64,000 bases of DNA from Candidatus Acidiferrum sp. GTDB taxonomy: Bacteria > Acidobacteriota > Terriglobia > Acidiferrales > UBA7541. Both the position numbers and the translations under genes were made by a program. The stretch spans positions 529 through 64,528 of the forward strand of contig DASXMB010000054.1 of NCBI GenBank assembly GCA_036495905.1, given 5' to 3'. Of the stretch, positions 50,686 to 59,715 are shown piece by piece. A model generated the notes under the pieces. The model was not told the DNA's origin and searched no databases. It was given only the letters and a program-made list of their open reading frames with translations. The stretch's first letter is position 1; each line of letters opens with the position of its first letter.

Positions 50686-51537
50686 GTGAGCGGTCCATCT
50701 ATTTTCGCGCAATCCTCGCGCAGTTGGCTGCAAAACGTAGCCGACGCTCTGGTCAGCGTCGTCTTCCCAGCCGACTGCCGCCTTTGCGAACGTCTGCTCA
50801 CCCACGGTACCCGTCTGCCTATCTGCGACGACTGCCTTGCCTCGTTCCACCCCATGCCATCCATACTTTGCCAAGTCTGCGGCCAACCGCTGCAAGTAAC
50901 CGCGCCGCCTGCCGAAACCGATGGCCAAACTTCGATCGACTGGCCGCCTCCTCCGATCGATGCCAGCACCCTTCCGTGCCCCGCCTGCAACGCGAGCACC
51001 TTCTCTTTCGCCCGCGCTCGCAGCTACAGCATTTATCAGGGCTTGCTCGCTCGCGCCATCGTCATGCTCAAATTCGAACGCATCGATCCCCTGGCCAACT
51101 GGTTCGCCCAGCGCCTCCAGGAAATCGTCCATCGCGAACCCGCCGCTCTCGCCGCCGACGTAGTCGTCTCCGTCCCGCTCCATCGCGACCGTTACAAAGA
51201 GCGCGGATACAATCAAGCCGACCTGATCGCCAAACCTCTAGCCAAGCTCCTAAAACTCCCCTATCAGCCAGTCCTGCTGGTCAGAACTCGCCCTCGCCCA
51301 GACAAACAACTCCTCAGTTTCGCCGAACGCTGGGAAATCGTACGTGGCGCCTTTGCCACACGTCCGGGCAGCCAAGTTGACAATAAGCGCGTCTTACTGG
51401 TAGATGATGTACTGACCACAGGGGCCACTCTTGATGCCTGCTCGCAGGCGTTACGAGCCGCAGGCGCCAAGTCGGTAATCGGGCTCACCATCGCCCGCGC
51501 CGCCCGGCAGATCATTCCTGGTTCCCCAGAGTCATGA
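50686..51537 (+). CDS. ComF-family phosphoribosyltransferase-like protein
   Basis: An N-terminal double CxxC zinc ribbon (CRLCE...CDDC; CQVCG...CPAC) and the PRTase motif VLLVDDVLTTGATL. Confidence 0.8.
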   Translation: MSGPSIFAQSSRSWLQNVADALVSVVFPADCRLCERLLTHGTRLPICDDCLASFHPMPSILCQVCGQPLQVTAPPAETDGQTSIDWPPPPIDASTLPCPACNASTFSFARARSYSIYQGLLARAIVMLKFERIDPLANWFAQRLQEIVHREPAALAADVVVSVPLHRDRYKERGYNQADLIAKPLAKLLKLPYQPVLLVRTRPRPDKQLLSFAERWEIVRGAFATRPGSQVDNKRVLLVDDVLTTGATLDACSQALRAAGAKSVIGLTIARAARQIIPGSPES

Positions 51538-51672
51538 CCCGAGGGATATGCGATGAGCGCAAGACGCGCCGAGTCCGCCAAATCCCGGGGGAGATTCGCC
51601 CCCGAAGCAATGGGAGTCCCTGCGCCAAGCTCCGAAAGTCCCGCCGGCAGTAGAATCCACAACTCAATTTTG

Positions 51673-52200
51673 ATGCGGCGCGCCTCGCTGATGCAGGAGC
51701 CCGTCCTCGTCCTCAACGCCACCTACGAACCTATCAACGTCACCGCCGTCCGTCGCGCTATGGTGCTCATGCTCAAGGGCGTCGCACAAGCGGAAGAGCT
51801 GCACAACTCGGAAGTTCATTCCGCGGCGCACGCACACCGCGTTCCCTCCGTAATCCGCCTGCTCGCCTATCGCCACATCCCGCAGCAGAGCCGCGCCCTC
51901 TCGCGAAAAAATATTCTCCTGCGCGACCGCAATACCTGCCAGTTCTGCGGAAAACTTTTCCCCAGCTCCGAGCTCACTCTCGATCACGTCGTCCCCCGCT
52001 CGCGCGGCGGCCGTTCCACTTGGGAAAATCTGGTCGCTTGCTGCTATCGCTGCAACAACGGAAAAGGGGATCGCACCCCCGAAGAAGCCGGCCTAAAGCT
52101 AGCCCGCAAACCGCGCCCATTCACGTTGCATACCTCTCGGCAGCTAATGCGTTTAATCGGCCATCGGGACGAACGTTGGCGTAAGTATCTTTTTTATTAA
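51673..52200 (+). CDS. HNH endonuclease-family protein
   Basis: [45 protein letters not shown], an HNH motif. The start is either ATG 51673 or ATG 51691. Confidence 0.8.
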   Translation: MRRASLMQEPVLVLNATYEPINVTAVRRAMVLMLKGVAQAEELHNSEVHSAAHAHRVPSVIRLLAYRHIPQQSRALSRKNILLRDRNTCQFCGKLFPSSELTLDHVVPRSRGGRSTWENLVACCYRCNNGKGDRTPEEAGLKLARKPRPFTLHTSRQLMRLIGHRDERWRKYLFY

Positions 52201-52498
52201 CGATTTCCCGGCATCAAAAAATCTTTCTTTCCATGAAACCCTTTTCAATGAGCACCCATCTAAATTAGTAATTAACCACTTCGAGGACACACCCCGGGAA
52301 GCAGCCAAGGCCAACACCTTGGTTGCTTCTCTCCTTTTAAGCCCCATTTAATTTTTATTTCGCAGCGATGGAAATGAGCGGCCGAATCAGTGCGCTCTTG
52401 CATTTCGATGCACGTCGACGATATTTCCGCAACGGTTTTCGCGGGATTTGCATCGCAATTTTTTTAGCGAGAAAATTATCGTTCTTCGGCAAGAAAAC

Positions 52499-52720
52499 TT
52501 AACGAGGACGCGGACGCAACGGCGGACGCCCGGTCAGCGGACGCGGTCTCATCCGAAATCGCGGACCCAGTGGCGGCGGCACGTTCCGCAAAAACTCCCC
52601 GCAACACGGGCATCGCCCGTCGTCGCTGATCGGCCCCGTAGCATCCGCCCGCAGCCAATGTCCTCGCGCTCCACACTGCGCATTAATGCACTGCACCGTG
52701 AATCCGGGCATATATTGCAT
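52499..52720 (-). CDS. Hypothetical 73-aa zinc-ribbon protein with a Pro/Arg-rich tail
   Basis: MQYMPGFTVQCINAQCGARGHW...GRCPCCGEFLRNVPPPLGPRFRMRPRPLTGRPPLRPRPR. GGGAG-type RBS 10 nt upstream of the ATG. Confidence 0.4.
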   Translation of the reverse strand: MQYMPGFTVQCINAQCGARGHWLRADATGPISDDGRCPCCGEFLRNVPPPLGPRFRMRPRPLTGRPPLRPRPR

Positions 52721-52746
52721 TATTTTTTCTCCCGCCTTAAGGTCCC

Positions 52747-52802
52747 CGTCTTGACTTTTTGTTTTTGACTTACTGTTTTTGACTCTCCGTTTTTGGGTGC
52801 CC
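52747..52802 (+). repeat. Phased 14-bp direct repeats containing TTTTTGACT
   Basis: cgtcTTGACTtttt / gTTTTTGACTtact / gTTTTTGACTctcc / gTTTTTGGGTgccc. TTGACT occurs at 52751, 52765 and 52779. Confidence 0.55.
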
Positions 52803-52832
52803 CACGGGCCGAATTTGCACGTGGGGGTTTTT
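52800..52832 (+). terminator. Orphan plus-strand hairpin followed by a T-tract
   Basis: CCCCACG-ggccgaatttgca-CGTGGGG-G-TTTTT. Confidence 0.35.
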
Positions 52833-53021
52833 CCGTGAACAGTTGATCAAATTCTGTCCGCATTCTGTTCAAACATCGCTCTGCTGTCAACAACAAACAC
52901 CACAACCTATAGGGGTATCCTTCCCAACCGAGGAAAACCTGTGGACATCACTTAAACGGATTTCAATTGAGGGAATTCAAAAACAGAGGGTTGTCACTTC
53001 GAAACGAAACGGTCCACCAAA

Positions 53022-53624
53022 CTACTTCGGCGAACTCGTCTTCGGTTCTCTCTCCAGCACCAGCGCATCCAGCCGCGCCTTCAATTTATCCAACTCCGGC
53101 TGCTTCGTATTGATCTCCTGCTGCAACGCATCTAGCTTGGCCTGTCCGGCCTTGTCCCGCGCATGGTCCGGATTGGAAAGAAAACTATCCTGATCCAGCG
53201 CCAGTTCCCGTCGCGTCAAGTCCAGTTGCTTCTGCGCTTCCGCCACTTGCTCTTTTAATTTCTCGATTTCCGGATCGGTCGCCTTCCCCGGCAAATTCTT
53301 CCCCGCTGCCGCTTCCTGATCGTTCACTTTCGCTTCCGCCACCGCGTCGGCACTCGGCGGCTGGGTATCCAATTTCGCGGGCGCTCCCGTATCCACACCC
53401 TGCGCTCCCGGCTTTATCTGTTTCGGATCCAAATCGTCGTCGCTGATCACTTTGGAAGGCTTGGTCGCATTCTTTTTCTGCTCGCGCGCCCGCTTCGCCG
53501 CATCCGCAACAGACTGTGCCTGCTGCGCTTGCGTATCCTGTCCCCGCACAATCCCGCCGCAACAAAGCAAAAGACCCGCCGCTACTACCGGCGCCACAAA
53601 ACGCATTCCATGAACGGTCGGCAT
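53022..53624 (-). CDS. Hypothetical secreted coiled-coil protein
   Basis: GAGGAAGG RBS before the ATG at 53624, a signal/anchor sequence (FVAPVVAAGLLLCCGG), and Gln/Ala/Lys/Glu-rich helices. Confidence 0.5.
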   Translation of the reverse strand: MPTVHGMRFVAPVVAAGLLLCCGGIVRGQDTQAQQAQSVADAAKRAREQKKNATKPSKVISDDDLDPKQIKPGAQGVDTGAPAKLDTQPPSADAVAEAKVNDQEAAAGKNLPGKATDPEIEKLKEQVAEAQKQLDLTRRELALDQDSFLSNPDHARDKAGQAKLDALQQEINTKQPELDKLKARLDALVLEREPKTSSPK

Positions 53625-53757
53625 AATCACCTTCCTCAACCACCCAGCTCGCATCGATAATCCCATCCAGCAAGCCTCAGAATACGCCCACGTTTTTCTC
53701 GAGGCAATCGCCCGCCACCCGTACCGTGCGAATCAGCCAACCAGGCCGCCAAACCGC

Positions 53758-54825
53758 CTACTTTCCCGCCATCGCCGCCGGCCGGCCCGTCGCCGCAACC
53801 TCATGAAACGAAAAATGTTTCTGCAAATCTTTCACCGGCAAACCATTCGCCTCCGCATAAGGATAAATAAAATAATTTAGCGGTTCGCCCTTCTGCTCCG
53901 CGGACAACCGGATATCCCGCCCGTAACTGAACAGCACCCGGTTCACATCCAGCGCCCCAAAAAAATAATCCTTCTTCGCTGGATTCTTCGACGCCTCCGA
54001 AGCGTCCACCGGAATCCACCCGATCCCCTCCACATAAAATTCCGACCAGCAGTGATACCCGGGAATCTCCCCTTCCGTCTTGTCCTCGGGCAGCGGAAAA
54101 CCAATTTCAAATCGCGCCGGAATTCCCGAAGCTCGCATCATCCCAATAAACACCGAATGGAAATCCGTGCAGTTTCCGCGTTTGGAGTCGCACGCCCACA
54201 CCGCGTCCCCGCGTCCCCATCCTTCGCCCGTCTTGTCGTAGTGCATCGTCGACACCACATAGTCATAAATCCGGCGCGCTTTCTCCATCGGAGCGGTTGC
54301 TCCCACCGTCTGCTCTCTCGCCAGCTCCGCGATCACTCCATTCAGCGGCACCATTTTGTCCGGCTGCAGATAACGCTTCAGCATTTCCGCGCTCGGCCGC
54401 GCCTCCGTCTTCCGCACCGCAATTCCATTCCGCAGCACCACATATTCCTTGCGGGTCACGGAAAATCGAATCCCCGCATCGAAGCCAGCCGCCGCTTGCT
54501 CCGCCGTTGGAGTGAACTCAATAAATTGATCCGCGTATTCCGCATCCTTTCCCATCTTGTGCGCTGCAATCCCGGTCACTGCCACGCCAGAAATCGTCGC
54601 CTGATACGGATCGTTCTGCGCCGGATACGGAATCCACAAATGCACCGGCCCCGCCGCACCAGCGTTCTCCGGAAAATGTACCTGATACTCAAATTCAAAT
54701 GTCCGCGACCCTGGCTCCGCGGATTTCGCCGACGTCGTCGCCCCATCTCGACCCGCGGCACCCGCCCAAGCCGCCACTCCCCCCGCCAGCAGCACCGCCA
54801 CGCACGCCACTCCAAATCGCTTCAT
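53758..54825 (-). CDS. Transglutaminase-like cysteine protease-fold protein (secreted)
   Basis: Signal peptide MKRFGVACVAVLLAGGVAAWA. Catalytic context RGNCTDFHSVFIGMMRASGIPAR...GYHCWSEFYVEGIGWIPVDASE, i.e. a Cys-His-Asp triad. AGGAG RBS before the ATG at 54825. Confidence 0.8.
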   Translation of the reverse strand: MKRFGVACVAVLLAGGVAAWAGAAGRDGATTSAKSAEPGSRTFEFEYQVHFPENAGAAGPVHLWIPYPAQNDPYQATISGVAVTGIAAHKMGKDAEYADQFIEFTPTAEQAAAGFDAGIRFSVTRKEYVVLRNGIAVRKTEARPSAEMLKRYLQPDKMVPLNGVIAELAREQTVGATAPMEKARRIYDYVVSTMHYDKTGEGWGRGDAVWACDSKRGNCTDFHSVFIGMMRASGIPARFEIGFPLPEDKTEGEIPGYHCWSEFYVEGIGWIPVDASEASKNPAKKDYFFGALDVNRVLFSYGRDIRLSAEQKGEPLNYFIYPYAEANGLPVKDLQKHFSFHEVAATGRPAAMAGK

Positions 54826-54928
54826 CGCCTCACTCCTAATCATCTCGCCACCAGCGCCATCCTAAAACCAGCGCAGACCGATTATACTCAATCGAGACTA
54901 TCGGCATCGAAATCCTCGGCGCAGCAAA

Positions 54929-55423
54929 ATGAAAATCTCCTCCCACCTTTTCACGATATTCTTTGCCATCGCCGCCACCTTAACGGTCGCTAAATCCGCC
55001 CGCGCTCAAGACCCGCCGCCTGCCGCTACCGCCGCTCCCGCTCCCAGAAAGCTCGACACTCCACTCCCCCAGGATCGTCCCGCCGACATCCTAAAAAATC
55101 CTCCCCACCATTTCTGGGACAAAACCAACGATCTCCTTTTCGTCGGCGTCGGCGCCTCTCGCACTCTCGATTATTTTTCCACGCTCAATCTTCGCCACCG
55201 CGGCCTGCAAGAAATCCTCATCACCAACGACGCCGTGGACACTCACGCCGGTTTCGCCGCCATCGAAGCCTCTGGCACTGGCCTCTCCATCGGCGCATCC
55301 TATCTCTTCCATCGTTACAATCATCACAAACTCGAGCGCTGGACCTCCATCGTCCACATCGGCGTAGCCACCGGCGGCGCGATCCGTAACTACAGCCTCA
55401 AAACGCCGCACCCTGCTCCGTAA
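54929..55423 (+). CDS. Hypothetical secreted/membrane protein
   Basis: Signal peptide MKISSHLFTIFFAIAATLTVAKSARA. No family recognised. Confidence 0.45.
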   Translation: MKISSHLFTIFFAIAATLTVAKSARAQDPPPAATAAPAPRKLDTPLPQDRPADILKNPPHHFWDKTNDLLFVGVGASRTLDYFSTLNLRHRGLQEILITNDAVDTHAGFAAIEASGTGLSIGASYLFHRYNHHKLERWTSIVHIGVATGGAIRNYSLKTPHPAP

Positions 55424-55625
55424 TCCCGCCACGCTCCGCAACCGCAACCTCCGCGCATTCTCATACGTCCAACTAAACACATTGCCAAAATCAAATCAGC
55501 AATCCACATTCATCCACGTCGCCCCGCGCAGTTGCACCAAACTCTGTTGCGCGGCATACTTTCGCCTCGTGCGCCATCACTCGCCCCCGCGTGACCGCCT
55601 TTCATCTCACCTAGCGGAGTGATCG

Positions 55626-57014
55626 ATGGACCTGCACCCTCCCTCTCGGCGATTCGTCGGCAAACTTTCGTTGGCGCTGTTCCTCGCCGTCGCCACAATC
55701 AACCCGTCCGTCGCAGCCGCTCCGCAGACGCCGCCCGCCCGTTCGCAAAAAAATTCGCCGGCTCCCTCCTCTCTTCCCGGCCTCCCCGCCGCGGAACGCC
55801 CCACTCCGCAAACCGGAAAAACCGAACAATACACTCTCTCCAACGAGCGCTACGAAAAAGCCACCGCCTATTCCCACGCCAGCTACACCCTTTATTTCGT
55901 TTCCTATTTCCTCAGCTTCATCGTCCTCTTTCTGATTTTGCGCCTCGGCGTCGCCGCGAAATTTAGGAACTTCGCTGAAGACTTCACCGATAACAAGTGG
56001 CTGCAAGGTCTCATCTTCGTTCCACTCCTCGTTCTCACCGTCGACCTCTTCGACCTCCCGCTTTCCATCTATTGGCATTCGCTCTCGCTGCATTACGAGC
56101 AGTCCGTTCAGCGCTGGGGTTCCTGGTTTCGCGATTGGGGCAAAGAAGAACTCCTCGGCACTTGTTACGCGCTGATTCTCGCGCTGATTCTTTTTGCCGT
56201 CATGCGCCGTTCACCGCGTCGTTGGTGGATTTATTTCTGGTTCGCCGCTCTGCCTATCGTCCTCGGTTTTGTTTTCATCGGACCGCTGGTCATTGACCCG
56301 CTCTTCAATAAATTCGAGCCGCTCAGCGACCAGCATCCGCAGTTGGTCGCTTCCATTGAAACGCTCACCCAGCACGCTGGCGTTCCCATTCCTGCCGACC
56401 GCATCTTCTTGATGAAAGCCAGCGAAAAAACCAATTCCATCAATGCTTACGTCACCGGCGTCGGCGCTTCTAAACGCGTCGTCGTTTGGGATACCACTCT
56501 GCAAAAAACCACCAACGACGAAGCCCTCTTCATCGTCGGCCACGAGCTCGGCCACTACGTTCTTGGCCACGTTTGGAAAGCGTTCGTCGGTGTTGCTCTG
56601 GGTCTCTTTGTCGCCCTCTATCTCATGTTCCGCGGACTGCACTGGCTGCTCGACCGCTGCGGAAAAGATTGGCGTCTCTATGGCCCGGAAGATTGGGCTT
56701 CCCTCGCCGTTTTACTCCTCCTGCTGCAAGTCCTCACTTTCCTTTCTTCTCCCGTCGTCAACGGAATCAGCCGCATGCAAGAACACGCCGCCGACGTCTA
56801 CGGCCTGGAAGTTATCCACGGCATCATTCCTAACTCGGACGAAGTTGCTGCCCACGCCTTCCAGGTCCTCGGCGAAAACGATCTCTCCGATCCCAATCCC
56901 GGTCCTTTCATCACCTTCTGGCTCTATTCTCATCCCCCACTGGCCGAGCGCCTTATCTTCGCCCATACCTACGACCCCTGGTCCCAAAACCAACCCCCCA
57001 AATACGTAAAATAA
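55626..57014 (+). CDS. M48-family (Ste24/CAAX-prenyl-protease-like) zinc metallopeptidase
   Basis: Multi-TM N-terminal half, HELGHYVLGH (HExxH), and a downstream EHAAD. Confidence 0.85.
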   Translation: MDLHPPSRRFVGKLSLALFLAVATINPSVAAAPQTPPARSQKNSPAPSSLPGLPAAERPTPQTGKTEQYTLSNERYEKATAYSHASYTLYFVSYFLSFIVLFLILRLGVAAKFRNFAEDFTDNKWLQGLIFVPLLVLTVDLFDLPLSIYWHSLSLHYEQSVQRWGSWFRDWGKEELLGTCYALILALILFAVMRRSPRRWWIYFWFAALPIVLGFVFIGPLVIDPLFNKFEPLSDQHPQLVASIETLTQHAGVPIPADRIFLMKASEKTNSINAYVTGVGASKRVVVWDTTLQKTTNDEALFIVGHELGHYVLGHVWKAFVGVALGLFVALYLMFRGLHWLLDRCGKDWRLYGPEDWASLAVLLLLLQVLTFLSSPVVNGISRMQEHAADVYGLEVIHGIIPNSDEVAAHAFQVLGENDLSDPNPGPFITFWLYSHPPLAERLIFAHTYDPWSQNQPPKYVK

Positions 57015-57173
57015 TTTCCCCGCCTCGCCTCCTTCCCCAGGTGTCGCCGCCTTTGTAGAGGCCGTCCTTCAGGGCGGCTACCTTTGATTTTGATTTGACT
57101 GTGACTTATCGCGTTTTGTTTTTCGAACCCCGATTTTCGTCTTTCGCCTCGTTCCCTTTGCTAAACTCTCCCC

Positions 57174-57848
57174 ATGAAAATCCCACCCAACTGCCAATCC
57201 ATCCTCGTCATCGACGTCGGCGGCACCAACGTCAAAATCTATTGCCCCACCCAAAAAGAACCCGTCAAAATTCCCTCCGGCCCCGCCATGACCGCCAAAA
57301 AAATGGTTGGCGTCGTGAAAAAAGCCGTCCACGATTGGAAATTCGATCGCGTTTCCATCGGCTATCCCGGCCCCATCATCAATGGCCGCCCGCTCCGCGA
57401 GCCGCACAATCTAGGCGGCGGTTGGATGGGTTTCAATTTCCATAAAGCTTTCGGCCATCCCGTCAAGCTCGTGAATGACGCTGCCATGCAAGCCCTCGGC
57501 AGCTACCAGGGAGGCCGTATGCTTTTCCTCGGTCTCGGCACTGGATTAGGTTCCGCCATGATCACCAATGGCGCTCTGGAGCCTATGGAGCTGGCCCATC
57601 TCACTTACAAAAATGGAAAAACCTACGAAGACTATCTTGGTCTACGCGGCCTCGAAAAACTCGGCAAGAAAAAATGGCGCCGCCACGTAAACAAAATCAC
57701 CGAAAAACTGAAAGCCGCTCTCGGCGCCGACTACGTAGTCCTCGGCGGCGGCAACGCCAAAAAACTCAAAACTCTCCCACCCGGCACCCGCCTCGGCGCC
57801 AACGAAAACGCCTACTTAGGCGGCCTCCGCCTCTGGCTCCCCCAGTAA
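57174..57848 (+). CDS. ROK-family sugar kinase (polyphosphate/ATP glucokinase-like)
   Basis: ILVIDVGGTNVKI...NDAAMQALG...LGLGTGLGSAM...VLGGGNAKK. The last two codons and the stop lie inside the repeat that starts at 57838. Confidence 0.75.
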   Translation: MKIPPNCQSILVIDVGGTNVKIYCPTQKEPVKIPSGPAMTAKKMVGVVKKAVHDWKFDRVSIGYPGPIINGRPLREPHNLGGGWMGFNFHKAFGHPVKLVNDAAMQALGSYQGGRMLFLGLGTGLGSAMITNGALEPMELAHLTYKNGKTYEDYLGLRGLEKLGKKKWRRHVNKITEKLKAALGADYVVLGGGNAKKLKTLPPGTRLGANENAYLGGLRLWLPQ

Positions 57849-58180
57849 CACAGACTTCAGTCTGTGTCCCCACTAATCCCCACCTAGGTTGCAGCCGATG
57901 ACCTAGGTTGCGGCCCGTCATCTCGTTTAAGCCGAGTCGCCACGCAACCAGTAACACAGACTTCAGTCTGTGTCCCCGTAATCCCCACCTGGCCTGAAGC
58001 CCAATCGTCTCGGTTGCAGCCCCGTCACCTCGATTAAGCCCAATCACCACGCAACTAAGTCCAACGCAAAATCCTCCAACTGCGTCCTCCAACCTCGATC
58101 GCCAAAACCCCACCAACCTGTCATCCCGGATTGCCTGCCGCATTTCGGCAGGCAATCCGGGATCTGCTGTTTGAAACCCC
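57838..58180 (+). repeat. Composite intergenic repeat, block 1: a truncated head unit at 57838-57947 plus a full unit at 57948-58180
   Basis: (CCC)AGTAACACAGACTTCAGTCTGTGTCCC...TAATCCCCACCT..GCCTGAAGCCCA...CCACCAACCTGTCATCCCGGATTGCCTGCCGCATTTCGGCAGGCAATCCGGGATCTGCTGTTTGAAACCCC. It aligns along its length with 59101-59322. Confidence 0.75.
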
Positions 58181-58274
58181 ATGCACCCACGTCGAATAAG
58201 GCCTTCGCATTTCCCAACTCGGCCGCTAACCCAAACCCCCGGCACCGAATCCCCACTCCGGTGTCTAATCTCCA

Positions 58275-59111
58275 GTGAAACTGTTTCGCACCTTGGTCAA
58301 AACCCCTCTCGCAATTCTCCTGGCCGCCTGCGCACTGCTCCTTCCGGCCCTAATATCCAGCCGCATCGAACAACATGTTTTCCGCAAACAAGCCGAACTC
58401 TTGCTCTCCCAGCTCCAATCCCTCGAATTACGCAAAACCTCCTGGCAAGAAGCTCAAACTCAGCTAACGCGTTGGGGCGCCAATCGCCACTTCGGCAAAT
58501 GCGATCAGCACGAATGCTCTGTTCAAATTGTGCTTACAGAGTCCGTGTTTGGCTTTCTAATCAGCCAGAATATTTTCGTCAAGCTAGACGATTATTTCCG
58601 CTGGCGGTTGAAGCTTTCGTACGACGAGGGTCCGTTTGTACGCATGGAGCAAGAAATGCTCGATGCATATCTCCGTACGGGAGGCCATCCAGCAAGGATC
58701 ATCGCCAACATCGACATGCGCGATGGAACAGTCTGGAGCAAAGGATTTTCTCTCCGGATCGAGACCTACGGTCATCCCATTTATTGGTCTGGAAACTGCC
58801 AGCTCGAGTTCGGACTCTTTGCTGACGCCCGAACTGTTCCTGAATTTCCCTGCGACCCATGCGATCTTTTTTACCCGCAACTGGCCATCCATCCAACCTA
58901 CCGCATAGGCCGTCCGGGCGGGTGCACCATCTGCGTCAAAGGCTGGACGGAGTTCACTCCTTACGCCGACCCTGCCGACGTCAAGCGCCTGATGCAGCTA
59001 AACCTCTCCTGCCTCACTCAGTGGCGTCCCTGCACCACTCAAGCCGAAATCATGCCCGCCGCCTGGTCCCAATATCTCGCCGAGCTCCCCCCATCTCTCC
59101 ACCCCCAGTAA
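58275..59111 (+). CDS. Hypothetical membrane-anchored protein (orphan), bracketed by the composite repeats
   Basis: 278 aa, GTG start, N-terminal TM helix (LAILLAACALLLPALI), Cys-rich C-terminal half. No family recognised. Confidence 0.45.
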   Translation: MKLFRTLVKTPLAILLAACALLLPALISSRIEQHVFRKQAELLLSQLQSLELRKTSWQEAQTQLTRWGANRHFGKCDQHECSVQIVLTESVFGFLISQNIFVKLDDYFRWRLKLSYDEGPFVRMEQEMLDAYLRTGGHPARIIANIDMRDGTVWSKGFSLRIETYGHPIYWSGNCQLEFGLFADARTVPEFPCDPCDLFYPQLAIHPTYRIGRPGGCTICVKGWTEFTPYADPADVKRLMQLNLSCLTQWRPCTTQAEIMPAAWSQYLAELPPSLHPQ

Positions 59112-59322
59112 CACAGACTTCAGTCTGTGTCCCAAGTAATCCCCATCTCGCCTGAAGCCCAGTCATCGCGATTGAGCCAGTCACCACCCAACTAAACAAT
59201 AGGTCCAACGCACCTTCCCAACCGCATCCGCCATCTCTAGTCGTCAACCCCCCACCAACCTGTTATCCCGGGTTTGCCTGCCGCATTTGGGCAGGCAAAC
59301 CCGGATCTGCTGTCTTAAACCC
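59101..59322 (+). repeat. Composite intergenic repeat, block 2
   Basis: CCCAGTAACACAGACTTCAGTCTGTGTCCC...CCACCAACCTGTTATCCCGGGTTTGCCTGCCGCATTTGGGCAGGCAAACCCGGATCTGCTGTCTTAAACCC. Confidence 0.75.
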
Positions 59323-59392
59323 TCTGCAAAAAACTGACACAACTGTCGCACACCACCTACTGCCATCCTTTCAGGTGGCAGCGTACTACCCC

Positions 59393-59652
59393 AAACCATT
59401 CGAAACTAGTACCACTAAGTTATCTATTGACAGAATAACCATCCCATGCTATCCTGAGCCATGACTATCGGCTGCCGCCTCTCGCCCCCGCAGCCACAAT
59501 TCCGCCTCTCCTCCAGCGCAAACACCGCAACCCCTCCCTTTCCCCCGCCCCTTTCCTTTCAATCACTTACAAACCCCTTTTCCCGCAACCCCTTTCCTTT
59601 GACATCCTTACAAATTGCCGGGGGTGGGTGGGGGCAAAATTTTTCCCTTCAG
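59393..59652 (+). repeat. Promoter-bearing intergenic module, copy B; paralogous to 11802-12205
   Basis: The head (AAACCATTCGAA..TAGTAC..TATTGAC..CATGCTATCCTG) and tail (CATCCTTACAAATTGCCGGGGGTGGGTGGGGGCA..CCTTCAG) are shared with copy A. Confidence 0.55.
59427..59455 (+). promoter_or_regulatory. Sigma70-like promoter inside module B, pointing toward the OsmC gene
   Basis: TTGACA (59427-59432), 17 nt spacer, TATCCT (59450-59455). Confidence 0.4.
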
Positions 59653-59715
59653 CATTTCGGCGCTCCAAAACGTTCACCCGCGCCCTCTGCTATTCTTTTC
59701 CACTCAGGAGGCTAC

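Noticed and set aside
57766-58245. A 159-aa minus-strand ORF and other small ORFs lying entirely within the composite repeats (also 59050-59247).
   Set aside because: They are encoded by repeat sequence. The similar pseudo-peptides (GLQARWGL...TQTEVCVTGG) simply reflect the DNA repeat.
59461-59715. The N-terminal 85-aa extension of the OsmC ORF given in the track. The N-terminal extension of the DHFR-like ORF at 28113-28691 is a similar case.
   Set aside because: The OsmC extension is made of Pro-rich translation of repeat module B, and a GGAGG RBS precedes the internal ATG at 59716, where the OsmC homology begins. The DHFR-like extension is antisense to rpmE.
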